Shown: one piece after another, positions 7,404 to 17,650 of the stretch
Layout: each line of letters begins with the position of its first letter
Numbering within the stretch: the stretch's first letter is position 1
From: a virus
Lineage: Duplodnaviria > Caudoviricetes
IMG/VR virus record: IMGVR_UViG_3300036797_000054
Span: 1 to 64,000 of that record
Reading direction: 5' to 3' (one strand)
Length of the DNA: 64,000 nucleotides
Program-made: the position numbers and the translations under genes
Notes under the pieces: model-generated
What the model was told of the DNA's origin: nothing
Seen by the model: only the letters and a program-made list of their open reading frames with translations
Database searches by the model: none

Positions 7404-10259
7404 ATGCCATACGAGGGCATGGTGGGAACGGTCGGGCTACCGCCGCGCGAGGCGTTCGTTCAGCGCGAGGCCGAAAAAACGCGCGAGCGCTCGCACACGG
7501 CGCTGGAGTTCCCCGACTGGGCGATCCGCATCCCCGAGGCGCAGACGGGGATGCTCGACTTCACGCGCTATCCCTACCAGCGAGAGCCATACGACGTGCT
7601 CGGCCGCGTGCCGAACGCCGTGGTGGAGAAGGGCACGCAGGTCGGCTTCTCGACGCTGTGCTTGCGCTGGGCACTGTGGGTGGCAGACGAGCTCGCGGGC
7701 ACCGTCATGTACGTGTTCCCGGTCAAGGATCAGGTCTACAAGTTCTGCTGCGCTGCCGACGAGCGCGTGCTCATGGCCGATGGCAGTATCAAGCGCATCG
7801 CCGAGGTCGAGCGCGGTGATCGCGTGATGACCGAGGATGCCGACGGCAAGCCAGTCGCTGATCGGGTCACGGGCGTGTGGGAGACGGGGGTGCAAGAGGT
7901 GCTGCGCGTCGGAATGGCTGGAGGTCGCAGGATCAGGGTCACCGGGCGTCATCGCTTGATGACGAGGCGAGGCTGGCTCCCTGCCGAGTTCCTACGTGTC
8001 GGCGATGAGGTGCGCGTGCCGGGCCTGTTGCCCAGCGAGCACGCCGCGAACGTCTCGCGTGAGGATGCGTTTCTGCTTGCCCTGTGGATGGCCGAGGGCA
8101 CGAAGTCGGCCAAAGGGTTCGTGTTCGCCAACGCGTTGCCGCAGATACAGCAGCGCGTGCGCGAGATCGCATTCGCGCGGGGCTGGGGCGTCAGCGAGTA
8201 CGCGCCCAATGTGTTCGGCTTGACCATGAACGGCCGTCGGCGCGCAGACGACTCACCGATGGGCATCCTGCGAAGTGCGGGTGTGCTCGGCATGCGGACT
8301 GACACGATCAAGATTCCGCCCGCGCTGATGAGCGCGAGGCGCGATGTGCAGGAAGAATTCATGCGGACCTACATTGCGTGCGACGGCTGCGTGGGGGCAA
8401 GAGAGATCACCGTCGCCTCCGCCAGCGAGCGGATGATCCGAGACTTGCGCGTGATGGCGTCCCAGAACGGGATGCTCGGGACCGTCCGCGTGCAGCAGCC
8501 GACGAATCACAAGACGATGCGCGCTGGCAAGCCATCGTGGGTGCTGGCCTTCGGATCGCGTCCTGCGCGCGAACGCATCAAGTCGATGGGTATCCCCGGC
8601 AAGCCGGTGGTGATGCGCAAGCACCGCAAGGGGACACGCTTCGCTGCACGCGACGGCTGGGCAAAGGTCGAGATGATCGAGCCTGACGGCTACGACGAGA
8701 CGTATGACCTGAGCATCGCCGAGCGCCACTCCTACTACCTAGAGGACGCGCTGACGCACAACTCCGACCAGCGCGTCAAACCCGTGATCCGCGGCAGCGA
8801 ATACCTGCGCGATCGCATGGCATTCGATGACCCCGACAACAAGGGGCTGAAGAAGATCGGCAACGGCTACGTCTATTTCGTCGGCTCGCAGTCGGTATCG
8901 GAACTGGACTCGGTGCCCGCCAACGCGCTCGTGCTGGATGAGTACGACGAGCTCGCCCAGGTGAATATCCCCGTGGTCGAGCGACGCGTGGGCGCGGCCG
9001 ACAGCCCGATGATCCGGCGCATCGGCGTGCCGACGCTCGACAACTACGGCATCGAGCGGGAGTACCGCTCCACCGACATGCGGCGGTGGACGGTCAAGTG
9101 CGAGGCGTGCGGGACTTGGCAGCGCATCCGTTGGGAGAACATGCGCTACGAGGAACTGGCTCCCGAAGAATTCAAGGCGTGGCGCGTGTGCATCGAGTGC
9201 GAGCGCGCGATCGACGTGCGCAAGGGTGAGTGGGTGGCCGAGTACCCCGACCGGCCGCGCATCGGCTTTCACGCCCCGCGGCTGATCGTCCCCAACGCCA
9301 ACCTCGGCGAGGTCGTCAAGGCGCGGCTCTCGGAGAAGGAGGAGGAGAAACGCGCCCACTACAACCGCGACCTGGCCGAGCCGTTTGAGACGCCCGAGAG
9401 CCGTCTGAGCGTGCCAGCTATCCAGAGCTGCCGCCGCGCCGACATCCACTTGGTCGAGAGCTACGTCGGGTTCAACTGGGTGACGATGGGGATCGACGTG
9501 TCCACGACGCGCGGGCTGCACGTCAGGATCTCCGAGCACCTGAACGAGCACGAAAAGCGCGTGCTGTGGGTCGGCGTCGTGGACGCGCTGATCACAGCCA
9601 ACCCCGACGTTCCTGATCAGTCGGCGCTCCGCGCGCTCACGCAGAAGATGGCCGCGTACAAAGTGCACATGGCGTGCATCGACCACCTGCCCGACGGCCT
9701 GTTCGCCAAAGCCTTCGCCGCGGCGCATCCTGGCCGCGTCTACCTCATCGCCTACAACACCGACTACCGCGCGCGCGAGAGCATCAAAATCCCCAAGACG
9801 ACCGATACCGAACCGCTCGTCACGATCAAGCGCACCGAGTGGATCACGGCGACGCTCGACTTGTTCAGGATGCAGCGCAACCTACTGCCGCTGAACGAAC
9901 CGCTGCCCAAGGGTGTCGAGGGCAAGACCTACGAGGAACACCTGCGCAACATCGTCAAGCAGCGCAAGAAGGACAGCATCGGGCGCGAATACTACGGCTA
10001 CGAGGACACCGGCCCCGAAGATTTCCTCCAGGCCGAGGTCTACGACCACGCGGCCACGCGCGTGCTTCAGCAGCGGCTCATGGAACAGGCCGTCGCCGTC
10101 GGCGTCCAGCGCCAGGAGGAGGTCAAGCCGCCGGACCCGACTCCGAACCTCGCGGAGTGGGACGGCCGCGCGCTGGAGCACGATGCGGAGCCCTGGCGTG
10201 ATACATATGTTTCAGGATGGACCGATGAGTACCGACCGTATGGTGATGACTCTGACTGA
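7404..10259 (+). CDS. terL: terminase large subunit (lambda gpA-like), intein-containing
   Basis: EKGTQVGFST Walker A variant, LVLDEYD Walker B, CEAC/CIEC zinc motif, TMGIDV nuclease motif. Start 7404 lies 7 nt after TAAGCT. Confidence 0.9.
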   Translation: MPYEGMVGTVGLPPREAFVQREAEKTRERSHTALEFPDWAIRIPEAQTGMLDFTRYPYQREPYDVLGRVPNAVVEKGTQVGFSTLCLRWALWVADELAGTVMYVFPVKDQVYKFCCAADERVLMADGSIKRIAEVERGDRVMTEDADGKPVADRVTGVWETGVQEVLRVGMAGGRRIRVTGRHRLMTRRGWLPAEFLRVGDEVRVPGLLPSEHAANVSREDAFLLALWMAEGTKSAKGFVFANALPQIQQRVREIAFARGWGVSEYAPNVFGLTMNGRRRADDSPMGILRSAGVLGMRTDTIKIPPALMSARRDVQEEFMRTYIACDGCVGAREITVASASERMIRDLRVMASQNGMLGTVRVQQPTNHKTMRAGKPSWVLAFGSRPARERIKSMGIPGKPVVMRKHRKGTRFAARDGWAKVEMIEPDGYDETYDLSIAERHSYYLEDALTHNSDQRVKPVIRGSEYLRDRMAFDDPDNKGLKKIGNGYVYFVGSQSVSELDSVPANALVLDEYDELAQVNIPVVERRVGAADSPMIRRIGVPTLDNYGIEREYRSTDMRRWTVKCEACGTWQRIRWENMRYEELAPEEFKAWRVCIECERAIDVRKGEWVAEYPDRPRIGFHAPRLIVPNANLGEVVKARLSEKEEEKRAHYNRDLAEPFETPESRLSVPAIQSCRRADIHLVESYVGFNWVTMGIDVSTTRGLHVRISEHLNEHEKRVLWVGVVDALITANPDVPDQSALRALTQKMAAYKVHMACIDHLPDGLFAKAFAAAHPGRVYLIAYNTDYRARESIKIPKTTDTEPLVTIKRTEWITATLDLFRMQRNLLPLNEPLPKGVEGKTYEEHLRNIVKQRKKDSIGREYYGYEDTGPEDFLQAEVYDHAATRVLQQRLMEQAVAVGVQRQEEVKPPDPTPNLAEWDGRALEHDAEPWRDTYVSGWTDEYRPYGDDSD
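7746..8762 (+). mobile_element. intein with LAGLIDADG homing endonuclease (339 aa)
   Basis: N-terminal CCAADERVLMADGS, block B VTGRHRL, LLALWMAEG and FMRTYIACDG, C-terminal TYDLSI...LTHN followed by Ser; exteins rejoin as QVYKF-SDQRVKP. Confidence 0.95.
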
Positions 10260-10419
10260 CGAGGAAGTGCGCTTAATCGAGGCGTTGGCGCGCAACGAGA
10301 GTCGGCGCGCGCGCAGTATCGAGCAGATCGCCCGCGAGCAGCTTGGCACGATCCGCAAGACGGACAAGCGCCGCCGCGACCGCAAAGCCGCGCGCGCCGC
10401 GCGCAAGCGCAACCGCTGA
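10240..10419 (+). CDS. small basic hypothetical protein
   Basis: [14 protein letters not shown]...[12 protein letters not shown]. Confidence 0.5.
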   Translation: MVMTLTDEEVRLIEALARNESRRARSIEQIAREQLGTIRKTDKRRRDRKAARAARKRNR

Positions 10420-10429
10420 GCGCAGGCAG

Positions 10430-10450
10430 ATAGAGGCGCGGACGTACGCT
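10430..10450 (+). promoter_or_regulatory. putative late promoter (class III), leaderless
   Basis: ATAG-N11-TACGCT, 7 nt before GTG 10458. Confidence 0.75.
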
Positions 10451-10457
10451 TCGGAGC

Positions 10458-10736
10458 GTGGTCAAGCGCGTCTCGGTGAAATCGGGCAAAGCCGAAGCTG
10501 TGGTCCCCCCTGCGGGCGAAACGATCACCGGCCTCTTCGAATTCACGATCCTCAACACCTCGACCTCGATCACGGTCGAATTGGTCGAATCGGAAAGCAC
10601 GGCCTTCGGCCAAGGGTTCCCGCTGGCCCCCGGTGCAGCCTGGAGCGGCCAGGTCAACTCGACGCAGAAACTGTACGTCATCTCCAACAGCGGAACGGCC
10701 GCTTCGATTGCGGTCATCGGCGTACCTGCGGCATGA
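10458..10736 (+). CDS. small beta-rich putative virion protein
   Basis: FTILN...[10 protein letters not shown]...LYVI; similar to N-terminus of 49649-50293. Confidence 0.65.
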   Translation: MVKRVSVKSGKAEAVVPPAGETITGLFEFTILNTSTSITVELVESESTAFGQGFPLAPGAAWSGQVNSTQKLYVISNSGTAASIAVIGVPAA

Positions 10737-11896
10737 CCTACATCGTCGCCGCCGGTCCTCTCGTCGCGGCCGAGACGACGCGAGCCGAGACGGAAGAGGC
10801 TGACCGCCTCCGCGTTGAGCGCAACCTGTCCGATGTCGAAAGCATCGGCAGCTCGCGACGCAACATCGAAGTGCCGCAGCTCACCCCCGCCGCGTGCGTC
10901 GCCACCGCCAACGTCGCGTCGCTCTCGGGCACGCCGACGATCGATGGCCATGCGCTGGTCGCCGGGGAGACGGTGCTGCTCACGGGGCAGAGCGCCAAAG
11001 CTCAGAACGGCCCGTGGGTCACGGCGAGCGGCGCATGGACGCGCCCCTCCGAGTTCGTCAGCGCGGCGGTCCTTCGTGCACGCACGATCTCGGTCCTCGA
11101 CGGCACCGCGCACAAGCACGAGACGTGGGTGTTGCAGTTGCTCGGGGGTGCGACGGTCACGGTCGATACGACAGCGCAGACCTGGGAACTGCTGACGCCG
11201 GTCAGCGGCGTCGGCGCGACCGGCGCGACCGGCTCGGCCGGCGCGACCGGCTCGGCTGGCGCGACCGGCTCGGCTGGCGCGACCGGCTCGGCTGGCGTCG
11301 GCGCGACCGGCGCAGCAGGCACCGTCGGCGCGACCGGCGCGACCGGCGCGAAAGGGACGACCGGCACGACCGGGACCACAGGCGCAACCGGGGCAGGTGG
11401 CATTCAAGGCGCAACGGGACCTCTGGGTACCACCGGCGAAAGTGGCGCGACCGGCGCGACCGGTCCAGCCGGGTCCGCCGGGTCTGCTGGTGCCACAGGC
11501 GTATCCGGAGCCTCCGGCGCGACCGGTCCAGCGGGAGCTGCCGGAGGGACGGGGGCGACGGGGGCCATTGGGGCGACCGGACCTGAAAGCACGACCGTCG
11601 CGCTCAACACTCAGACAGCGAACTACACGTTGGTCGCGTCCGACGCGGGCAAAGTGGTTGAGCTCAACAAAGCCTCGGAAGGCACCGTGACGGTTCCTCC
11701 CAACTCATCGGTCGCCTTTGCGATCGGCACGGTGATCGAGTTTTGTCAGATTGGCGCAGGCGCACTGACGTTGGTCGCGGGCAGTGGCGTCACGCTCCGG
11801 ACGGGAGCATCGCTGAAAACGCGCACGCAATGGTCAAGTGGCGCGCTACGCAAGCGCGCCGAAAACGAATGGATCGTGACCGGGGATCTCGCCTGA
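10733..11896 (+). CDS. collagen-like fibre protein
   Basis: About 40 G-X-Y triplets (GAT-rich) between two common phage fibre domains ([19 protein letters not shown] and [21 protein letters not shown]). Confidence 0.85.
   Translation: MTYIVAAGPLVAAETTRAETEEADRLRVERNLSDVESIGSSRRNIEVPQLTPAACVATANVASLSGTPTIDGHALVAGETVLLTGQSAKAQNGPWVTASGAWTRPSEFVSAAVLRARTISVLDGTAHKHETWVLQLLGGATVTVDTTAQTWELLTPVSGVGATGATGSAGATGSAGATGSAGATGSAGVGATGAAGTVGATGATGAKGTTGTTGTTGATGAGGIQGATGPLGTTGESGATGATGPAGSAGSAGATGVSGASGATGPAGAAGGTGATGAIGATGPESTTVALNTQTANYTLVASDAGKVVELNKASEGTVTVPPNSSVAFAIGTVIEFCQIGAGALTLVAGSGVTLRTGASLKTRTQWSSGALRKRAENEWIVTGDLA
11222..11293 (+). repeat. 18-bp tandem repeat x4 encoding GATGSA
   Basis: GGCGCGACCGGCTCGGC(C/T) at 11222, 11240, 11258, 11276. 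Confidence 0.9.
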
Positions 11897-12546
11897 TGCT
11901 CGCTGCACTGCGGCGGATGAGCGTGTCTTTTCGCCGTCGCGCCGCGCCCGCCTTCCGCAGCATTGCGGTCGGCACGTACGCGGTGCGCAAAGAATTGTCG
12001 ATGGCACGCCCGACTGGCGTCAAAGAAGGCGACACGATGTTTTGCAGCATCTACCTCGAACTGTCGAAAGCGGCGCTGGTGATGTCTGGCTGGTCGCTCG
12101 TCGGCTCACAGCTCGAACAGAAAAACGGCACTCTGTTTGTCTTCGCGACGTTCAGCAAGGTCTATGCGGGCGAGACGACGAACTATGTGGCTACGTGGGG
12201 AGGCACCGAACACGGCTGCAATTACCGTATCGTCGCGTACTCGGGCGTAAACACGGCGAAAGCCGTCAATGTCACAAGCGGTGAAGCTAACGCCACATCC
12301 TCAGCGACAGAGAAAGCTCCGAGCCTCACGACGACTGTCGCGAACACGACGCTGCTTTACTCCGGCGCGACTAGCTCAGGTGTCCTGGCGACATCAACAC
12401 CTTCGGGCTTTACCAAGCGCGTAGACGAAGGTGGCTTGGTCGCAGACAAGGTGATGACCACTGTTGGCGCGAGCGGGCCGGTCGAATGGCCGTTGGAAGG
12501 TTCTGCGTGGTGGATCGGCACGTTGATCGCGCTCGAAGGCGTCTGA
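11896..12546 (+). CDS. Ser/Thr-rich beta-sandwich protein, probable fibre-associated virion protein
   Basis: ARPTGVKEGD...VAYSGVNT...APSLTTTVANT; TGATG-coupled to collagen gene. Confidence 0.6.
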   Translation: MLAALRRMSVSFRRRAAPAFRSIAVGTYAVRKELSMARPTGVKEGDTMFCSIYLELSKAALVMSGWSLVGSQLEQKNGTLFVFATFSKVYAGETTNYVATWGGTEHGCNYRIVAYSGVNTAKAVNVTSGEANATSSATEKAPSLTTTVANTTLLYSGATSSGVLATSTPSGFTKRVDEGGLVADKVMTTVGASGPVEWPLEGSAWWIGTLIALEGV

Positions 12547-12585
12547 CGCGCCGTAACCTCTGACTTGGCCGCTACATTGCCGTCA

Positions 12586-13350
12586 ATGGCGGAGGCGGCA
12601 GCGGCGGAGGTTTGGGACCACGAGGTAGAGGGCGCGACAAAGTGTCAAGCCCCCGGCTGCCCCAACTGGTTCATCAAGGCAGGCAACCGCCACCGCTACT
12701 GCAAAGGACCGAACTGCACCTACCGCCGCGGTGCGCCGACACCACGCGAGGTCGAGGCACCCGAGGGCGCAGCGCAAGAGCTACTGCTGCGCCTGCAAGA
12801 CGAGGACTCGGGTGAGGTCGGGCCGCAGATGCTCGCGCACCGGCGCAAAGCCGTCCAGGATGCGCTTCGAGCGGGCGACAAACAGGCGCTGACGGGTGCG
12901 CTCATAGACGAGGCGACGTGCTGCATATGGTTCGCCGATCGCACGGCGATCAACGGTCTGCCTCAGCAGGCCGCGCCGGTGGTTCCTGGAGCGCCGGTGA
13001 GCACTCAGCACATCCCCTCGACCAAGCCCGTCGGACTCGTCCAGGCGGTCATCGCTTCGCACCGGCGCACGTTCGATCTCGCGGAACATCGGATGAACGC
13101 GATGTGGAAGATGCTCCAAGCGCGCGAGCAGCTTGCCTCTGCCGAGCTCGGCGTCGAACAGATGGCGGGTGGTCCCAAAGAGGCGGAGGCGCGCGAGGTG
13201 CGAGACGCAAGCAAAGCGGAATTCGATGCCGCCGAGCGCGCCTACGAGGCAGTCGAGTCGGCATGGCGCGAGCGCACGATCACGATCCGCGACCTGACCG
13301 TTGCGGCCGCGAGCATTGGCGGCGGCCCTGCACGCGCGGCTGCGGCCTGA
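12586..13350 (+). CDS. zinc-finger protein (CGNR-like)
   Basis: CQAPGCPNWF...RHRYCKGPNC; ATG 7 nt after TACATT. Confidence 0.65.
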   Translation: MAEAAAAEVWDHEVEGATKCQAPGCPNWFIKAGNRHRYCKGPNCTYRRGAPTPREVEAPEGAAQELLLRLQDEDSGEVGPQMLAHRRKAVQDALRAGDKQALTGALIDEATCCIWFADRTAINGLPQQAAPVVPGAPVSTQHIPSTKPVGLVQAVIASHRRTFDLAEHRMNAMWKMLQAREQLASAELGVEQMAGGPKEAEAREVRDASKAEFDAAERAYEAVESAWRERTITIRDLTVAAASIGGGPARAAAA

Positions 13351-13610
13351 TGCCCGAACCGCTCCTCGAACCAGCGCTTCTCGTCAGCGACAACTGCACC
13401 GCTTGCCACGGCACCGGCGACGGCACGGGCGAAACCGAGGGCGGCCGCGCCGCGCTGTGCACTCACTGCGAGGGCAGCGGCCGTGAGGTACGCGAGATGC
13501 CGGTGAGCGCCGCGTTCGAGATGGCGCGGCAGTCCTACGAACGGCTGACCGCGCCGCCGCCGTCGGCTGTGCGCGAGCAGGCGATCGCCGAGGCCGGGCA
13601 CGGGGACTAG
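13350..13610 (+). CDS. small DnaJ-type zinc-finger protein
   Basis: CTACHGTG and CTHCEGSG (CxxCxGxG x2). Confidence 0.7.
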   Translation: MPEPLLEPALLVSDNCTACHGTGDGTGETEGGRAALCTHCEGSGREVREMPVSAAFEMARQSYERLTAPPPSAVREQAIAEAGHGD

Positions 13611-13636
13611 ACAGAGCAACCAAACGCTGCTAACCT
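13608..13636 (+). promoter_or_regulatory. sigma70-type promoter with operator in spacer (class I)
   Basis: TAGACA-N17-TAACCT; AGCAACCAAACGCTGCT at 13615-13631. Confidence 0.8.
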
Positions 13637-13665
13637 CCACGGTGCAACCGAACTTGGAGGACAGC

Positions 13666-13947
13666 ATGGCGAAGTGGCGGAAGAACATCACTGGCATCGC
13701 GCCGCTGCAAGAGAAGCACCGCGATGGCGACATAACGTTCGAGGCAATGCGCGATGCCGTGGTCGCCATCCTTCGGAAGCAGCTCGCGGCCGAGCTCGAC
13801 ATCGATGCGCCGACATTCGAGGATGAGGCGTACGAGGCCGTCGAGTACATGGCTCAAGCGAGCAACGGAGAGATGTACGACGATGCCAAGGCCGACCTAT
13901 ACGACTGGTGCGACAGCTCCCGCGTCTGGATCGACCCCATCCGATGA
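13666..13947 (+). CDS. small acidic hypothetical protein
   Basis: GGAGG RBS; ends LYDWCDSSRVWI. Confidence 0.75.
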   Translation: MAKWRKNITGIAPLQEKHRDGDITFEAMRDAVVAILRKQLAAELDIDAPTFEDEAYEAVEYMAQASNGEMYDDAKADLYDWCDSSRVWIDPIR

Positions 13948-14369
13948 GGTTCACGCGCGATCAAGTTGAGTGGGCGCTGGAGCCGGTCCCCGGCGACAAG
14001 GTGAGCAGCGCGCACGAGCCCGCAGACGCGCTCTGGCACTGTTGCCACGCCACGGGCAACAAACACGCGCCCGCGGAGATTCCATACGGCTCGACTGCGT
14101 GGACAACGGCCCTCTGCAAGGCGCTCGGCCGCGTGCTCGATGACTCGCATGGCGAGCTGGTCGGCCGCACGGCCTACATCGAGGACAGGTTGGCCCAGGT
14201 GATCGACGCGCAGGCGCTGATCCAGCCGATGATCACGCCGGGAGGAGGCGGCGAAGATGGCGTCGCCACGCTGCTCGTCACGACGGTCTGCGCGATCGAG
14301 TTCAGCGATCTGGACGAATGGGAACGCGAGCGCGCAGAGGCGTTCGAGGAAGCGCGGCTGCGCTCGTGA
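13944..14369 (+). CDS. hypothetical protein
   Basis: ATGA-coupled to upstream gene. Confidence 0.6.
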   Translation: MRFTRDQVEWALEPVPGDKVSSAHEPADALWHCCHATGNKHAPAEIPYGSTAWTTALCKALGRVLDDSHGELVGRTAYIEDRLAQVIDAQALIQPMITPGGGGEDGVATLLVTTVCAIEFSDLDEWERERAEAFEEARLRS

Positions 14370-14400
14370 GCATCACACGCAAACCACGAAAGGAACGGCG

Positions 14401-14769
14401 ATGAACTGCAAGGCAACCAACCACAAGACAGGAGCACCTTGCGTGCGAGGCACCCATGATGGCCCGCACGGGGACGCCGAGGGCCAAACATGGCCGACAC
14501 GGCGTGAACGCACTGGCGAAGTCGAGAAGCGCGACACGAGCCTTGACCTGACGTGCGTCGAGTGCGTCCCGGGAGACGACGAGGAGGAGCGCTGGTGGGT
14601 GATGCCTACGCCCAAGCGCATTGAAGCTGGCATCGCCAAGGTGCCGCTGGTCATATTCGCCTTCAAGGAGCGCAGCTCTGCTGAGCTGGTGTGCGAGGTT
14701 CTGAACGCCGTAGTGATCAGCGACGCGATGCACGACATACAGGAGGAGAAGGAGCTGCAACCCGCCTAA
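14401..14769 (+). CDS. hypothetical protein with Cys/His cluster
   Basis: AAGGA RBS; CKAT...PCVRGTHDGPH. Confidence 0.65.
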   Translation: MNCKATNHKTGAPCVRGTHDGPHGDAEGQTWPTRRERTGEVEKRDTSLDLTCVECVPGDDEEERWWVMPTPKRIEAGIAKVPLVIFAFKERSSAELVCEVLNAVVISDAMHDIQEEKELQPA

Positions 14770-14773
14770 CGGC

Positions 14774-14940
14774 GGGATGCGGTAGCTCTGGCGGTGTGGG
14801 CTGGTTGAAACGATGGTGGCCTCCGCATGTTCAGTCCCATGAACGTGCGGCCCCGCCGCCATCCCGATCGCCATCCTCGGGCATCTCCGCGTTCCTGGGC
14901 CTTGCGGCCGTCACGCAGCGTCTTTTCGAGCGATGCCAGC
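14774..14940 (+). ncRNA. candidate structured non-coding RNA
   Basis: Intergenic gap with nested stems GATGGTGGC/GCCGCCATC and CCGCATGTTCA/TGAACGTGCGG, plus GGCATC/GATGCC. Confidence 0.35.
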
Positions 14941-14965
14941 ATAGCGGCCGTCTACACTCGCGGTC

Positions 14966-15424
14966 GTGGAGACGGGCATCATCAACGACAGCACGATGCT
15001 GTTCCGCCAGGTGCCGTGCCCGGCCGCGATGGAGGTTGCCGACGTGCGCGGGAGTCGCCTGCCGAACACGCCGGGCGTCCGCTGCCGGATCACGCACGAC
15101 ACGCTGAGCGCTGACACCGATCCGCGAGCGCTGGTGCGCTGGTGCTGCAACGAGCTCGGCGGCGACGGCGGCTACAACCTCTGCCCCGTCTGGCAGTTCG
15201 ACAAGGAACGCATCGAGCGAGGGCAGCACTCGCTCGGGGACGAGCGCGAGGCCGAGGCGCAGAACGAGCGCACCGTGCGCGACGATCTGACCGGCTCTGA
15301 ATACGGCGACACGTCGTTCATGGACGCGGCGGACGCCGCCGCGGCGGACGCCCTCGACTGGATGCACGAGAAGCACGGCGCTGGCCTGACCGGCTCGGCG
15401 ACGAACGACATCCCCGAGCCGTGA
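14966..15424 (+). CDS. hypothetical Cys-containing protein
   Basis: GTG 7 nt after TACACT (leaderless pattern); GC3-rich codons. Confidence 0.65.
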   Translation: METGIINDSTMLFRQVPCPAAMEVADVRGSRLPNTPGVRCRITHDTLSADTDPRALVRWCCNELGGDGGYNLCPVWQFDKERIERGQHSLGDEREAEAQNERTVRDDLTGSEYGDTSFMDAADAAAADALDWMHEKHGAGLTGSATNDIPEP

Positions 15425-15476
15425 CGCAAACTGCGGCCATATGGACGCATCTTTGGACACATCCGTGGACAGGTAG

Positions 15477-15497
15477 ATAGCCAGCCGCTGGCATGAT
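15477..15497 (+). promoter_or_regulatory. putative late promoter (class III)
   Basis: ATAG-N11-CATGAT, 8 nt before in-frame GTG 15506. Confidence 0.65.
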
Positions 15498-15505
15498 CTT
15501 TGCCA

Positions 15506-17644
15506 GTGAGTCGCCTAGCCACCATCCGCGAGTCCGCCGAACGGATCACCGGCCTCAGCGTGCAGCCGCTCGCCGAGGTGCACCGCCTGCAAGAGACTGA
15601 GCAGGAGCTTCGAGGCAAACAGCGCGAGCTCCAGGATCTCGCGTACTCGATCCTCGACTACACGCAGGGTGCACCACAGGAGATGAAGGCGCAGGAGCGC
15701 CGCCGCCTGGCGCAGCGCGCACGCGTCGTCTGGCAGCAGGACCCGCAGTACGGCGGCACGATCAACCTGCTGAACGAGTTCGTGCTGGGCCGTGGCATCC
15801 CGAAGCCGCAGGCCGTAGACGAACAGGTCCAGGATGAGATCGATGAGTTCTGGGCCGACGCCGACAACCAGCGCATCCTCACGACGCACTCTGCGCAGGT
15901 GCGGCTCAACACCGACCTCTCGCTCCAGAGCAACGTGTTCCCGCTCGTCTACGACGAAGGCGAAGATGGACAGGTCAAGCTCGGGTTGCTCGATCACGAC
16001 ACGGTGGAACAGGCGGTGCGCGACCCCGACGCCCGTCTGCGCATCCTCTACTACTTCACCAGGTCCTACAACCGCCAGTGGGACGTGCGGAAACACACCT
16101 ACGTGGTGAGCAAAGAACGCGAGAAGATCAGGTATTACGAGGAGTTCCGCAACCTCAAGGACGCCGAAGAGGATCGTGCCAACGGCGTGCGCACCGAGGA
16201 CTTGCCGGACATTCCTTCCACCTTGGTCGGGCGCGGGCGCGTGCTGCACGTCGCGATCAACCGCACGATGGAGCAGGCGTTTGGCATCCCCGAGATCGCC
16301 CGCACGATCCGCTGGCTCACGGCCTACAACGACCTGATGCGCGCCCGCGTGGACATGGCGAAGGCGGCTGCGTCGATCATCATGCGCCGCAAGCTCAAAG
16401 GCGGCGCGGCCGCGATGACGCAGCTCGCCTCACAGGCACTGCTCCAGGCCGGTACGACGCCGCAGTCGCCTATCGACCCGATGACGCTCGGGCAGGCTCC
16501 CAAGCCCGGTGCGGTGATCGAGGAGAACGACTACGTGGAGCACGAAGCGTTCAACCTCAACTCGGGCTCGTCCTCGGCGATGCAAGACGCGCAGATGATT
16601 CGCTCGCAGTACAGCGTCGGCACCGGGTGGCCCCAGTCCTACCTCGGCGATCCCTCGGCGACCGACCTGTCCACGGCGACGACGCTGGAGCTCCGCGTGC
16701 TCAAGATGGTCGAAGCGCGGCAGCAGGTGCTGGAGGACTTGATCACGACGTTGATCAACCACAAGATCAGGCGCGCGATCGAAACGAACAGGCTGTCGAA
16801 GTTCCGGCCGATGACGGCCGAGGAGAAGAAGCGTGAGCGGATGCGCATCGAATCCGAACAGGAGGCCGAACGGCCGCCGGGCGCTCCCGCGCCGATCGCC
16901 CAGGCCAACAGCAACGGCACGCGCGCATTGCACTTGATCGGCGGCACCGAGGCCGAAGAGGACGAGGAACCGCCAGCGGGGCATGTCGCCCGTGATTTCA
17001 CGTTCCAGGTGTCGATGCCCTCACCTCTGCGCCGTGCCATGGGCGACCTCCTCACCGGCGTCTCGCTCATCGCCAAGACGTTCGACCCGAACTGCTCGAA
17101 CATCGAGCTCAGCCGCACGCTGCTCGGCATCGCGCTCGGCGAGGGTCTGGAAATCGAGGACCCCGGCGCGGCAGTCGAGCGCATCTTCCCCGAGGGCTAT
17201 GTCGATCCGATGGTCGCCGCGGCGCAGGCGCAGCAGCAACCCGAAATGCCGCCTGGCAGCTTTGGCACCGAAGATCAGCCGGGGTTCGGCTCGCCAGCGT
17301 TCGGCGCGATCGGCGCAGACGGCCAGTTCCACCCGGCGAACAACCCCTACGGCACTCCGCAGGCCGCGCGCGATCCTGCCGAATCGATGCAGCAGGCCGA
17401 GGTCGCCGATCAGATCGCAGACCGACGGCTCGTGCTGCTGCACAACCGCGAGGGTGAGCCCATGGCTCCGCAGGTGCAAGAGGCCGTCGTGCAGCGTGCG
17501 CTCAAGCGCATGTCTCCGTCGGATCGCGCTCGTATCGCCGGGGCGGCTCTTGGTGACGCGCGTGGCGAGCAGGCCGACGTTCTCGCCGATGGGGTGCTCG
17601 CCCCGGCACTCGCCAGCGCGCTTGCATCGCTCGTTCAGCAGTAG
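15506..17644 (+). CDS. portal protein
   Basis: Size, position upstream of MuF gene, and VQDEIDEFW, LHVAINR..AFGIPEI, GTGWPQSYLGD..LSTA segments typical of portals. Confidence 0.85.
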   Translation: MSRLATIRESAERITGLSVQPLAEVHRLQETEQELRGKQRELQDLAYSILDYTQGAPQEMKAQERRRLAQRARVVWQQDPQYGGTINLLNEFVLGRGIPKPQAVDEQVQDEIDEFWADADNQRILTTHSAQVRLNTDLSLQSNVFPLVYDEGEDGQVKLGLLDHDTVEQAVRDPDARLRILYYFTRSYNRQWDVRKHTYVVSKEREKIRYYEEFRNLKDAEEDRANGVRTEDLPDIPSTLVGRGRVLHVAINRTMEQAFGIPEIARTIRWLTAYNDLMRARVDMAKAAASIIMRRKLKGGAAAMTQLASQALLQAGTTPQSPIDPMTLGQAPKPGAVIEENDYVEHEAFNLNSGSSSAMQDAQMIRSQYSVGTGWPQSYLGDPSATDLSTATTLELRVLKMVEARQQVLEDLITTLINHKIRRAIETNRLSKFRPMTAEEKKRERMRIESEQEAERPPGAPAPIAQANSNGTRALHLIGGTEAEEDEEPPAGHVARDFTFQVSMPSPLRRAMGDLLTGVSLIAKTFDPNCSNIELSRTLLGIALGEGLEIEDPGAAVERIFPEGYVDPMVAAAQAQQQPEMPPGSFGTEDQPGFGSPAFGAIGADGQFHPANNPYGTPQAARDPAESMQQAEVADQIADRRLVLLHNREGEPMAPQVQEAVVQRALKRMSPSDRARIAGAALGDARGEQADVLADGVLAPALASALASLVQQ

Positions 17645-17650
17645 CGATCA

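Noticed and set aside
11200-11590. Short repeats as a possible CRISPR array
   Set aside because: In-frame collagen G-X-Y codons with no unique spacers
14774-14873. tRNA-like look (TAGCTC D-arm-like start, TTCAGTC loop, CCA)
   Set aside because: No valid anticodon stem or 7-bp acceptor pairing at tRNA spacing
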